Part shown: piece after piece, positions 1-16,942 of the stretch | How the letters are laid out: the number at the start of each line of letters is the position of its first letter | Numbering within the stretch: the stretch's first letter is position 1 | Assembly (NCBI RefSeq): GCF_009914755.1 | Contig: NC_060947.1 | DNA: 64,000 bases | Reading direction: 5' to 3' (one strand) | Source of the DNA: the human T2T-CHM13v2.0 reference genome, Homo sapiens | The notes under the pieces: generated by a model | Database searches by the model: none | Told to the model about the DNA's origin: nothing | What the model saw: only the letters and a program-made list of their open reading frames with translations | Made by a program: the position numbers and the translations under genes

Positions 1-1391
1 GAGTCGGATAGGATTCAGCACAGTAAGAATCCAGGTGGGAAGCAATATCCTCATGAATGAGGGAATCCTCTACAAAATGAATTACTACAAATGGAGAAGC
101 AGATCTTAAGCAATAAGCATTCCTCATTTTGAACTGCATCAACATTTCTGCAATTGCATCCAGTTCCAAATAGAGTTTCTGGACTGATTCTAAGATGTTT
201 TTCAATCCCAATCTTCCTATAATCAGCAGTGGGGTTGGTGTGGGTGAAGAACTAACAGAAAACAGATGCTGGCAATTGTATAATTTATAAACAAGATAGA
301 AATGATATTTGCTCTAATACATTTGTCTCATGAATAGTTCTATTTCCTGTGTAATATTTTCTATCTTGTTGAAAATACATTAACATTACAGGCTACAAAA
401 TATGACAAAAGAATGCTAAAATATAAACATTCTTCTGTGCAAATGTATTGGAAAAGAACATGAAAAATATAGGCAGACACTTTAAAGTTCTATTGAGACA
501 TTTCATTTTTAATAAGTTTCTTTATGCATGTCAACAATGAACAACACTTGTATAAATTGAACTCAGATACAACTGGAACACTTCTTTGTTGCATGCTGAC
601 AAAGAACAATTTGATTAAACAGTAAATCCTTCAGAGCCTCCCTCAGAACCACTTCTCTGAGATTTACTTTTTAGGCAAAAGTTTCTAGTAATGTAAACTC
701 TGTTATTCTTGACCCCTCTGCCTTCTCCAATATTAGATGGTGATCATATTTGGCACCCCAAAAGATTAAATCTGGTTATCAGTTTCTAAAGTATACATTT
801 ATGTAAAAATTTCAAGATTAAAATATGGCATTCTAAACAAGGAAAAGACACCTCTGATGTAAAAATTCATAAAAATTAAGAAATTATTACATATTCACTT
901 GCCCAGCATCTGGTAGAATCAATTAAAGATCAGAGTAAATTAGGCTGAAAGGGAAAGCACAGGGAAGAACAGAGAATGAATGAGCCTGAATAGACAGAGA
1001 CCCTCTCTTTCTTAGACTTTACTGCAATTTTTGTTGGGGAAACTAAACTATGAGGATTTTTCTCATTGTTTTGTATGATTAATATTAGAAATAACAGTAA
1101 GAAAAAAAAGTAAGGTTATATTGGCAAGTGTAGGCAGTGCCAGCTCAAGCTGTTTGTTTAAGGGCTGAAAAAAATTTTGGTGTACACCAAAAATTTCACT
1201 AAAATCAAGCAATGATTCAACTAATAACAGTAAACATTATTACAAACAAAAGTTTGTGTACTGTGTGTTGTTTCACCAAGTATTTGGATCATTTTCATTT
1301 TACTGATTTCAACTCCTTCCATTTCTCAGTAGTAAATATTCTACTAGAAAGTAGGACTACTATAAGTCACTGTTAACTTTATATCAGTAGA

Positions 1392-1448
1392 ACACACGTG
1401 CACACATGCATGCACATGCACACATATATACATGCATGCACACACATA
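1392..1448. repeat. Degenerate (CA/TGCA) microsatellite
   Basis: acacacgtgcacacatgcatgcacatgcacacatatatacatgcatgcacacacatat seen directly. Confidence 0.8.
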
Positions 1449-2380
1449 TTTTTGGTGTCTATTTCTCTAAAAGTAATTAGAAGAACATATTAGTTGATGA
1501 GGTATCATATCTGTTTTATTGCATATGGTTAAATTAAATACCATCTCTAACCAATCTTTACAAGTACCTTGCTATGATAAAGATTTGGCTTTACTGTGGG
1601 ATAAGTATCACGTTTTCTATGCTTGAAGTATAATAGTATCTCCTCATTTTAACACAGAAAACCTATAACATAATACTTGTCCCTCAGCCTCAGCTTTACA
1701 ATGATGCTTCAATGTATCTTAGTAGTTTTAATACTATCTTAAATCTGAACAATTAAACTGAAGAGATTCAAAATGATACAAAATGTCAGCTAGCTTTAAC
1801 TGAACAAATAGCAACATACAAGCAGCATAACAACAGCGACACACTCCAGCCTATATAAAACCTTGAGAGGATTCTCAAATTCTTGATGGATAAGAACAAA
1901 AATCCCAAGGAATCTAGCATGTGAAGATCAAAAGTTGTAATGACTTTGAGCTTAATGTTTCATGGATCTTGACTGTCACATGGTTTTGGATTTCCTTTAT
2001 AAAGGAACTGGTTAACTGTTCTTTGGTAGGTCTGAATAACCTGACAAGACAGAAAAATCCATGCCTGACTTACAACTTTTGAATTCGATAAAATAAGTCA
2101 GTTGGCCTTTTCACTATACAGAATCTTTCCTTTGGAATAAATCCTGTTTCCTTGCTTGCTAAATAAAATATTCTCCCTAACTCTAGATGTCACATTTTGG
2201 TTAGCTTAGTGATCAGAAGCTCAAACTATTGAAGATGAGGTGAACTTCTACTCATTTGTAGCTACAGACTGCAAGAGCATGTTTCAATCCTTTGATTATA
2301 AACCTGACACTTTTGCCTATCCAAATAGTATCCTCAAATGCCAAAGAATGTTGAAATCTAGACATTTGCTTATCATTTGA

Positions 2381-2740
<360 letters not shown>

Positions 2741-4300
2741 TAACTTTTAAGGCTCATGATCTGTCATGAGTGGTAGGCCATGGGATTGCTCAGCCATGGC
2801 AGAGTTTGTTTTTGGTTTATCTACAGCTTTTCACTTAGACTTTCTTATCATAATTGCCGTCTAGGTGCAGTTTGTGACCACCTAAAAGGGCAAGCTTAAC
2901 TGCCTCACAGAGGCATGAAATGCATGTCTTAGACATCAGTAAAACAGTGCTCTCACTTATAAAACTATATACACTATATAGTGTATATCATTTATAAAAC
3001 TACTACTGGAACAATTATACTGCATCTTGTCTAAGAGTGGCTACTTAAGAACTATTTCTTGGTAAGTTAGAAAGCTACTTTTCGTATATAAAGTTTAACA
3101 TTCTTGGGCATAATTTGGTAAAAATGTTAAAATTGCACCAGGCAGAATTTTTTCTCCCTTTTATGAATGATATTTGACCTGCTTTCCCTTTTTCAGAAAA
3201 TTCTGACATTAGCTCTCCTCAAAATGAATTTTTGTTAGTCCCCTTAATGCACATCTAAATTACCTACATGGTGTTATTCTAAGGCAATAAGCCTCCCAAC
3301 TTAGCAAAGAAACTCTACAAACCAAAGATCTTCAAATACACGTCTAAGTCCCCAAGCAAATCTGATAGCATACTTCAGTGGCAAAGCCAAAGCTGTATGC
3401 TGGAAGAACACTTCACGAAGACTAAAAGTCTTACTCTAAATGAGAAAGAGCTCACAGACTTGTCTTCCCCATCCCATTCAACACTATTGCTAAGGGCTCA
3501 CCATGCTTTAGAACGCTAACTCTAACTGGAGTCCACAAGAGAGACGATACTAGCAATCATCAGGCAACCTTTGCAACGGTGGTAGGCTTCTGCATCCTGA
3601 ATGCAGAAGGTGTGTTCAAGGCATTACAAAGGCATGGAAAGCAGCTTTCTGTCAAAGACCTGGGCAGGGGCTGCATACATATTTACAAAGCTGCCATCAT
3701 AGCCCAACAGACCATGCACCAACAGTTTATTTTTACCCTTATAAATAAGCATGACAGGGGAGAAAAGAAACGTAAAGAACCCAGAGTCAACAAAATCCTC
3801 AGCATGATGAAGAAAAAAGGCATATAAATGTCCTTATATAGTATTTCAATGCATAGTTTAGTGTCATTTAAGACATTTAGTTTTAAAAAAATTTATAGTT
3901 TTACTCTATGGCAATCATCAAGGCTCTATGGTTATTAGTGTCATCTGAACTTTAAGACATATATTTTGTCTTAAGACATATGTTTCCTATGAGTCGCCAC
4001 ACCCATTCTTCTAAGGATTAATAATGGAGTAAAGTATTTGACTTTATGTCTATCCTTGTCTTATGCTATCGACATTCTAGTGAGGTTACAATGTACTGTA
4101 GGAAAGCTATGAGGAGGTAGTATATCAATCTAGGTACATTTACACGAAGTTAAAGTCCTTGGCTCACTCTCAATTTCACAAATAACATGCATGCTACGCA
4201 TTTCTACCTGGCTAAGCCACCGGCACCTTTAAACTCAACATGTTTATAACCTACATTTTAATCTCGACTCATGAATCAGTTCTTTATCCTGATTTCACTA

Positions 4301-4597
4301 TTTTTTTTTTTTTTGAGGCAGGGTCTCACTCCGTTGCCCAGGCTGGAGTGCAGTGGCTAGATCATGGCTCACGGTGGCGTTAACCTCTCAGGCTCAAGCA
4401 ATCCTCCCGCCTCAGCCTCCTGAGCAGCTGGAACTACAGACACATGCCACCATGCCCAGCTAATTAAAAAAAATTTTCTGTAGAGATTGGGTCTCACTAT
4501 GTTGCCCAGGCTGGTCTTGAACTCCTGGGCTCAAGCAATCTTCCTGCCTTGGCTTCCCAAGTAGCTGGGATTACATGAATGAGCCACCACATCCAGT
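4301..4597 (-). mobile_element. AluJ SINE
   Basis: Poly-T, gggtctcactatgttgcccagg and ctcctgggctcaagc AluJ-type motifs; flanking ctgattt(c/t)actatttt duplication. Confidence 0.95.
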
Positions 4598-4764
4598 CTG
4601 ATTTTACTATTTTTGTTAATATCGTGATAATAGTCCTAGTTTCCAAGGTTAGGATATTTGGCATTACGCTTTCATTTTCCTTTTGCCTTATGCTCATATC
4701 CAACTACATCTTTCAGTTCTTCTGTTTTCAACACTTCTTCAATTTCTCTCTCTCTGGAAGGCCA

Positions 4765-4990
4765 GGATAGCATAGTGATTAAGAGTACGGACTCTAAAGC
4801 CTGATTTCCTGGTCTCGAATCCTAGCTCAGAGATCGATTAACTATGGGACCCTGAGCATCTCACTAAATCTTTCTATGCTTTGGTTTCCCATCTATAAAA
4901 TCGGGTTGGTACAAGGAACAAATGAGTCAATATATGTAAAGTGCTTACATATATTACATATAGTGCTGGGTACATAAGTATTACATAACT
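4765..4990 (+). mobile_element. MIR SINE
   Basis: catagtgattaagagtacggactct head, gtttcccatctataaaat core, tatatgtaaagtgctta tail resemble MIR consensus. Confidence 0.85.
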
Positions 4991-5129
4991 GTTAGAAATT
5001 ATGACTGCCTCTGTTTCCAATACACTTATCTGGCCCTTCACCATCTTTTGTCTTGAGTCTCACAAAAGCCTCCTCATCGGCTTCACAAATGCTCTGTTCT
5101 CTTTTTAAACATCCCACATACAACTATAA

Positions 5130-5530
5130 GCTAGAACAACAGAATCTTAGGGCTTGGGAAAACTTTAAAATTCATCTGGCCAGCCCCTCACTTTGACATA
5201 CAAACTTCCTACCTTTCCAATATTTTCCCAAAAGTTCAGCTATACGTCACAAAGCCAGTCAATTCTATATTTACGCAGCCATATTAGAAAGTAATTTGTT
5301 GATTTGAACTGAAATCTGCTGTCCATCTTCTTTCACCAATTAGATTTATTTGTGTCCTTTAATTCTGCCAAAAATTATCATACTCTCTTTTCTACTGGTC
5401 AGCCTCTCAGATCATTGAAGATAGCTATTTAATCTCAATTAAATTTTTCTTCATCTAGCCACCCTTGAGTCCTACAAATGTTGCTCATGTTACATTGTTT
5501 GCTTACCCTTAACATATTGGTTACTCTTCT
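5130..5530 (-). mobile_element. L3/CR1 LINE fragment
   Basis: agaatcttagggcttgggaaaactttaaaattcatct, ttagaaagt...ttgaactgaaatctgc, ttgaagatagctat resemble antisense L3 3' region; highly diverged. Confidence 0.55.
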
Positions 5531-5559
5531 CTGCACAAAGCACAGCTCTGGTCACACAC

Positions 5560-6330
5560 TACATATAAAAATATTTCATAGTTCACCAAAGCACACTGAA
5601 GTCCAAAATCCTTAGCCTAGAAATCTAAACTCTCTCTAACCAAGCCCCAATTGTTACTTTTTTGACTTTGGTTTTCACGGTTCTCCAGCTTGCATCCTTT
5701 GCTACAGACAAATTTGACTGCTAGCCCTATTCTATTTAGTAGAATCACCTTCTTTTCATGCTTTTGGGGCTCTACAATGTTTTCCCTTTCTTTTTCAAGG
5801 CCTTTCCCACAGCCTATCTCTACCTGCACAAATGATTTTTCCACTTGAAGCTTGAATGACACCTTCTTCAGGCAACAGTCCATGGTCTAAGATGCTCCAA
5901 GGCAGGGATGACCTTCTCCTCTTCTATACTATTATAGAGTTTTGTTTACACATATATTATGATTGTTATTGCATACCATCTTTTATTGTAGTTTTTATAC
6001 ATATGCATTATTCTTCCCACTATATTGTAAGTTGATGAAGGCAGGAACTAGGTCTTAATCCTTTTTTTCTCTTTCACACATTTCTAGCACATAAGCACTC
6101 AATAAATATCTGTAGGATTATTTCATGAATTGATTTAACAAACATTTATTGAGTACTCTGCATAGCTCAGGGCAAACTTGAGCTTTATATACTTTGATTA
6201 AATAAATTACTGATGAACATAAAAGTATCTGAAATTTTCAGTCTGAGTGACTAGAAAAATGTTGGCATCATTGAGGGAAACCAGGAAGTCAGGATGAGTT
6301 ATGTTTGGTTTTGGTTGTGTTTAATTCAAG
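5560..6330. mobile_element. L2 fragments, including two 3' ends facing each other near 6010-6160
   Basis: gaaggcaggaactaggtctt...gcactcaataaatatctgt (sense 3' end) followed by aacaaacatttattgagtact (antisense 3' end). Confidence 0.6.
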
Positions 6331-6564
6331 GTGCTGGCAAAAGATGCAGAATGATAGGTATTTGCTAAGCTGGCATATGGATAGGCATTTACTAAGCTAA
6401 GATTCTATTATTGGAGCTTACAGTTGTGTGTGGGAAAGCTGCATGCTAGGTGCTAATGTGGATCAAAAAAGAGGCAGGAAAGAGGGTGGTGCTAATTCAT
6501 CGGCACTTGTCTGAGATTAACATTAAATCAAAGTAACGACATAAAAAATAGTGGCTACAATGTA

Positions 6565-7063
6565 AGGAAACACTGTCAGTGTCCATTGACAGACAAATGG
6601 ATAAAGAAAATGTAGTATATATACAATAAAATACTATTCAACCTTAAAAAAGAAGGAGATCCTGCCATTTGCTACACATGTGTGAACCTGGAGGATGTTA
6701 CGCTAAGTGGAATAAGCCATGTGCTGAAAGGTAAATACTCTATGATCTCACTTATATGTGGAATCTTATATATATATATGTATATATACACATATACATA
6801 TATACACATACATATAGATATACATGTATATATGTATGTGAATATATACTCATATATGTCTATATACACATGTGTGTGTATATATATGCACACACACATA
6901 CACACAGAGTTAGGGAATAAAATAGTGGTTATGGAGTGGGGTTGGGGAGAGGAAATGGGAAGATACAGGTTAAAGGACACAAAGTAGCAGATATGCAGGA
7001 TGAACAAGTCTAGAGATTTAATGTACAACATGAGGACCATAGTTAATATAATTGTACTGTATT
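6565..7063 (+). mobile_element. L1MA8-like 3' end, left part (contains a TA/CA microsatellite at ~6768-6906)
   Basis: atggataaagaaaatgtagtatat, aagaaggagatcctgccatttgc, tctagagatttaatgtacaacatgaggaccatagttaat. Confidence 0.8.
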
Positions 7064-7380
7064 AATAATTTTTTATTTTTTATTTCATTAAAAAGTTTTT
7101 TTACCTTTTATTTTAGATTCAGGAGGTACACATGCAGGTTTGTTACCTAAGTACATTGCATAATGCCGAGGTTTGGGGTATGAATGATCCTGTAATCCAG
7201 GCACTGAGCATACTACCCAACAGCTAGTTTTCAACCCTTCTCCCTCTCTTCCTCCCCCTATAGTAGTTCCCAGTGTCTTTTGTTGCCATCTTTATGTCCC
7301 TGAGTATTCAATGTTTGGCTCCCACTTATAAGCAAGAACATGCAGTATTTGGTTTTTCTTTCCTGTGTTAGTTTGCTTAG

Positions 7381-7737
<357 letters not shown>

Positions 7738-8247
7738 TATTTAGTTCTTTTTTTATGGCTACATAGTATTCCATGGTACATATGTACCACATTTTCTTTA
7801 TCCAAGCCTCCATTGATAGGCATCTAAGTTGATCTCAAGTCTCTGTTACTGTGAGTAGTGCTGTGATGAACATGCAAGTGGATGTGTCTTTTTGGTAGAA
7901 CAATTTGTTTTCTTTTGTATATATCCCCAGTAATGGGACTGCTTGATTGAATGGTAGTTTTGTTTTAACTTCTTTAAGAAATCTCCAAGTTGCTTTCCAC
8001 AGTGGTTGAACTAATTTTCACTCCCACCAACAGTGGATAAGTGTTCCTTTTTCTTCACAGCCTCACTAGCATCTGTTATTTTTTTTAACTTTTTCATAGC
8101 AGCCATTCTGACTTAGGTGAGATGGTATCTCACTGTGGTTTTGATTTCCATTTCGCTGATGATTAATGATGTGGAGCATTTTTTCATATGTTTGTTGGCT
8201 ACTTGTATGTCTTCTTTAGAGAAGTGTCTATTCATATCTTTTGCCCT

Positions 8248-8660
8248 TTTTTTTAAAAAGCATTATTTTATTTTAAGTTCCGGGATGCATGTGTGGGATG
8301 CGCAGATTTGTTACATAGGTAAACAGTGCCATGGTGGTTTACTGCACCTATCAACCCATCACCTAGGTATTAAGCCCCACATGCATTAGCTATTTTTCCT
8401 GATGATCTCCCTTCCCCACACCCCAATAGTCCCCAGTGTGTGTTGTTCCCCCCCATGTCCATGTGTTCTCATTGTTCAGCTACCACTTATGTATAAGAAC
8501 ATGCAGTATTTGGTTTTCTGTTCCTGTGTTAGTTTGCTGAGGATAATGGCTCCCAACTCCATCCATGCCCCTGCAAAGGACATGATCTCATTCTTTTTTA
8601 AGGCTGCATAGTATTCCATGGTGTGTATGTACCATATTTTCTTTATCCAGTCTATCATTA
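8248..8660 (-). mobile_element. L1PA8/PA10-like 5'-truncated 3' fragment inserted in old L1
   Basis: Second antisense L1 3' end: ttacataggtaaacagtgccatggtggtttactgcacctatcaacccatcacctaggtattaagcccc; host L1 resumes after 8660. Confidence 0.85.
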
Positions 8661-8939
8661 ATGTTTTTTGTCAATTTTAATGGGATTATTTGTTTTTTCC
8701 TTGTTCAATTGAATCAATGGATTCTTCCAATCTATGAGCATGGAATGTTTTTCCATTTGTTTGTGTTATCTATGATTTATCGGAGCAGTGTTTTGAAGTT
8801 CTCCTTGTAGAGATCTTTCACCTCCTTGGTTAGATGTATTCTTAAGTATTTTATTTTTTTGTGGCTACTATAAATGGGATTGTATTCTTGATTTGGCTCT
8901 CAGCTTGAACATTATTGGTATATAGAAATGCTACTTATT

Positions 8940-9952
8940 GAGGTGGAACAGCTCCGGTCTACAGCTCCCAGCGTGAGCGACACAGAAGATGGGTGATTTC
9001 TGCATTTCCATCTGAGATACTGGGTTCATCTCACTAGGGAGTGCCAGACAGTGGGCGCAGGACAGTGGGTGCAGCACACCGTGTGCGAGCTGAAGCAGGG
9101 CGAGGCATTGCCTCACTCGGGAAGTGCAAGGGGTCAGGGAGTTCCCTTTCCTAGTCAAAGAAAGGGGTGAATCGGCACCTGGAAAATCGGGTCACTCCCA
9201 CCCTAATACTGTGCTTTTCTGACAGGCTTAAAAAACGGCACACCAGGAGATTATATCCCGCACCTGGCTTCGAGGGTCCTACGCCCACGGAGTCTCGCTG
9301 ATTGCTAGCACAGCAGTCTGAGATCAAATTGCAAGACTGCAGCGACGCTGGGGGAGGGGCACCCGCCATTGCCCAGGCTTGCTTAGGTAAACAAAGCAGC
9401 TGGGAAGCTCGAACTGGGTGGAGCCCACCACAGCTCAAGGAGGCCTGCCTGCCTCTGTAGGCTCCACCTCTGGGGGCAGGGCACAGACAAACAAAAAGAC
9501 AGCAGTAACCTCTGCAGACTTAAATGTCCCTGTCTGACAGCTTTGAAGAGACCAGTGGTTCTCCCAGCACGCAGCTGGAGATCTGAGAACGGGCAGACTG
9601 CCTCCTCAGGTGGGTCCCTGACCCCTGACCCCCGAGCAGCCTAACTGGGAGGCACCCCCCAGTAGGGGCAGACTGACATCTCACACGGCCGGGTACTCCT
9701 CTGAGACAAAACTTCCAGAGGAATGATCAGACAGCACCATTCACGGTTCATGAAAATCCACTGTTCTGCAGCCACTGCTGCTGGTACCCAGGCAAACAGG
9801 GTCTGGAGTGGACCTCTAGCAAACTCCAACAGACATGCAGCTGAGGGTCCTGTCTGTTAGAAGGAAAACTAACAACCAGAAAGGACATCCACACCAAAAA
9901 CCCATCTGTACATCACCATCATCAAAGACCAAAAGTAGATAAAACCACAAAG
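8940..9952 (+). promoter_or_regulatory. L1 5'UTR with internal sense and antisense promoters
   Basis: GC/CpG-richer segment matching L1PA 5'UTR; promoter function inferred from the family, not shown for this copy. Confidence 0.75.
9151..9369 (-). CDS. L1 ORF0 (primate antisense ORF), 72 aa, open
   Basis: MAGAPPPASLQSCNLISDCCASNQRDSVGVGPS...RVGVTRFSR within ORF 9151..9438; ATG = cat at 9367-9369. Confidence 0.75.
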   Translation of the reverse strand: MAGAPPPASLQSCNLISDCCASNQRDSVGVGPSKPGAGYNLLVCRFLSLSEKHSIRVGVTRFSRCRFTPFFD

Positions 9953-10969
9953 ATGGGGAAAAAACAGAGCAGAAAAACTGGAAACTCTAAAAAGCAGAGC
10001 ACCTCTCCTCCTCCAAAGGAATGCAGCTCCTCACCAGCAACGGAACAAAGCTGGATGGAGAATGACTTTGACGAGTTGAGAGAAGAAGGCTTCAGACGAT
10101 CAAACTACTCCGAGCTACAGGAGGAAATTAAAACCAAAGGCAAAGAAGTTGAAAACTTTGAAAAAAATTTAGAAGAATGTGTAACTAGAATAACCAATAC
10201 AGAGAAGTGCTTAAAGGAGCTGATGGAGCTGAAAGCCAAGGCTCGAGAACTACGTGAAGAATGCAGAAGCCTCAGGAGCTGATGCGATCAACTGGAAGAA
10301 AGGGTATCAGTGATGGAAGATGAAATGAATGAAATGAAGCGAGAAGGGAAGTTTAGAGAAAAAAGAATAAAAAGAAACGAACAAAGCCTCCAAGAAATAT
10401 GGGACTATGTGAAAAGACCAAATCTACGTCTGATTGGTGTACCTGAAAGTGACGGGGAGAATGGAACCAAGTTGGAAAATGCTCTGCAGGATATTATCCA
10501 GGAGAACTTCCCAAATCTAGCAAGGCAGGCCAACATTCAGATTCAGGAAATACAGAGAATGGCACAAAGATACTCCTCGAGAAGAGCAACTCCAAGACAC
10601 ATAATTGTCAGATTCACCAAAGTTGAAATGAAGGAAAAAATGTTAAGGGCAGCCAGAGAGAAAGGTCGGGTTACCCACAAAGGGAAGCCCATCAGACTAA
10701 CAGCGGATCTCTCGGCAGAAACTCTACAAGCCAGAAGAGAGTGGGGGCCAATATTCAACATTCTTAGAGAAAAGAATTTTTAACCCAGAATTTCATATCC
10801 AGCAAAACTAAGCTTCATAAGTGAAGGAGAAATAAAATACTTTACAGACAAGCAAATGCTGAGAGATTTTGTCACCACCAGGCCTGCCCTAAAAGAGCTC
10901 CTGAAGGAAGCACTAAACATGGAAAGGAACAACTGGCACCAGCCACTGCAAAATCAAGCCAAAACGTAA
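9953..10969 (+). pseudogene. L1 ORF1p, in frame over 1017 nt but with two premature stops
   Basis: MGKKQSRKTGNSK start; TGA at 10280-10282 (CGA>TGA) and TAA at 10781-10783 (CAA>TAA); normal stop TAA at 10967-10969. Confidence 0.95.
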
Positions 10970-11017
10970 AGACCATCAAGGCTAGGAAGAAACCGCATCA
11001 ACTAAAGAGCAAAATAA

Positions 11018-14506
<3,489 letters not shown>

Positions 14507-15728
14507 CGATTTCCTCGGGGATCTAGAACTAGAAATACCATTTGACCCAGCCATCCCATTACTGGGTATATACCCAAAGGACTATAAATCATGCTGCTAT
14601 AAAGACACATGCACACGTATGTTTATTGTGGCACTATTCACAATAGCAAAGACTTGGAACCAACCCAAATGTCCAACAATGATAGACTGGATTAAAAAAA
14701 TGTGGCACATATATGCCATGGAATACTATGCAGCCATAAAAAAGGATGAGTTCATGTCCTTTGTAGGGACGTGGATGAAATTGGAAATCATCATTCTCAG
14801 TAAACTACAGCAAGGACAAAAAAACCAAACACTGCATATTCTCACTCATAGGTGGGAATTGAACAATGAGAACACATGGACACAGGAAGGGGAACATCAC
14901 ACTCTGGGGACTGTTGTGGGGTGGGGGGAGTGGGGAGGGATAGCTTTAGGAGATATACCTAATGCTAAATGACGAGTTAATGGGTGCAGCACACCAGCAT
15001 GGCACATGTATACATATGTAACTAACCTGCACATTGTACACATGTACCCTAAAACTTAAAGTATAATAATAATAAAATAAAAATAAAAAAAGAAATGCTA
15101 TTTATTTTTGTACATTGATCTGTGTATCCTGAAACTTTACTGAAGTCCTGTATCAGTTCCAGGAGCCTTTTGGCAGAGTCTTTAGGGTTTTCTAGGTATA
15201 GAATGATAACATCCATGAAGACAGATAGTCTGAGTTCCTCTCTTCCTATTTGGATGCCTTTTATTTCTTTCTCTTGCCTAATTGCTGTGGCTAGCACTTA
15301 TAGTACTATGTTAAATAGGAGTGGTGAGAGTGGGCATCCTTGTCTTGTTACAGTCCTCAAGGGGAATGCTTCCAGTTTTTGCCTGTTCAGTATGATGTTG
15401 GCTGTGAGTTTGTCACAGATCGCTTTTATTATTCTGATGTATGTTCCTTTGATGCCTAGTTTCTTGAGGGTTTTTTTTTTTTTTATCATGAAGGTATTTT
15501 GGAGTTTATAAAAAGCTTTTTCCACATCTATTGAGATGGTCATATGACTTTTGTTTTTAAGATGAATCACATCTATTGATTTGTATATGTTGAATCACTC
15601 TTACGTCCCAGGGATGAAGCCTACTTGATTGTGGTGCACTAGCTTTTTGATGTACTGATGGATTCAGTTTGCTAGTATTTTGTTGGGAATTTTTGCATCT
15701 ATGTTCAACAGGGATACTGGCCTGTAGT

Positions 15729-15767
<39 letters not shown>
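15729..15767. repeat. (GTT)n microsatellite
   Basis: About 13 perfect units; source of the poly-Q in ORF 15705..15890. Confidence 0.95.
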
Positions 15768-15768
<1 letters not shown>

Positions 15769-16599
15769 ATCTTTGCCAGGTTTTGGTACCAGGGTGATGT
15801 TGCCTTCATAGAATTAGTTAGGGAGGAGTCACTTTCCTCGATTTTTTGGAATAGTTTCAGTAGAATTGGTACCAGCTCTTCTTTGTACACTGGTAGAATT
15901 TGGCTGTGAATCCATCTGTTTGGGGCTCTTCTGGTTGCTAGAGTTTTTATTACTACTTCAATTTTGGAACTTGATATTCATCTGTTCAGGCTTTCAATTT
16001 CTTCCTTGTTCAGTCTTGGGAGGTTATGTTTTTCCAGTAATGTATCCATTTCCTCTAGACTTTCTAGTTTGTGTGAGTAGAAGTGTTAATAATAGTCTCT
16101 GAGGATCTTTTGTATTTCTATGGGATTGGTTGTAATGTTATCTTTGTTATTTCTGATTGTGCTTATTTGGCTCTTCTCCCTTTTTTATTTTTTAATCTAG
16201 CTAGTGGTGTATCCATCTTTTTTATCCTTTCAAATAACTAACTTTTGGTTTTGTTAATTCTTTGCTTGGATTTTTGAGTTTAATTTATTCAGTTCTGCTC
16301 TGGTTTTAGTCATTTATTTTCTTCTGGTTGCTTTGGGGCTAGTTTGTTCTTGTTTTCTATTTCCTCTAGGTGTGAAGTTAGATCATTAATTTGAGATGTA
16401 ACTTTTTGAGGTAGCCATTCAGCGCTATAAACTTTCCTCTTAACATAGCTTTTGCTGCATCTTAGAGATTTGGGTATGTCCTGTCTCTGCTTTCATTTAT
16501 TTCAAAAATTTTTTTTAAATTTCTGCTTTAATTTCATTGTTTACACAAAAGTCATTCAGGAGCAAGTTGTTTAACTTTGACATAACTGTGCAGTTTTGA

Positions 16600-16942
<343 letters not shown>

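Noticed and set aside
8-22. 15-mer ataggattcagcaca repeated at 47116-47130
   Set aside because: An exact 15-mer match is expected by chance in 64 kb of AT-rich DNA, and it does not extend.
3579-3827. 82-aa ORF in unique sequence, and similar short ORFs elsewhere
   Set aside because: Non-ATG start, no recognisable domain and no supporting splice structure; length is within random expectation.
8253-8267. aaaaagcattatt matching 20685-20697 in inverted orientation, suggesting an inversion
   Set aside because: Short AT-rich match; host L1 orientation is the same on both sides.
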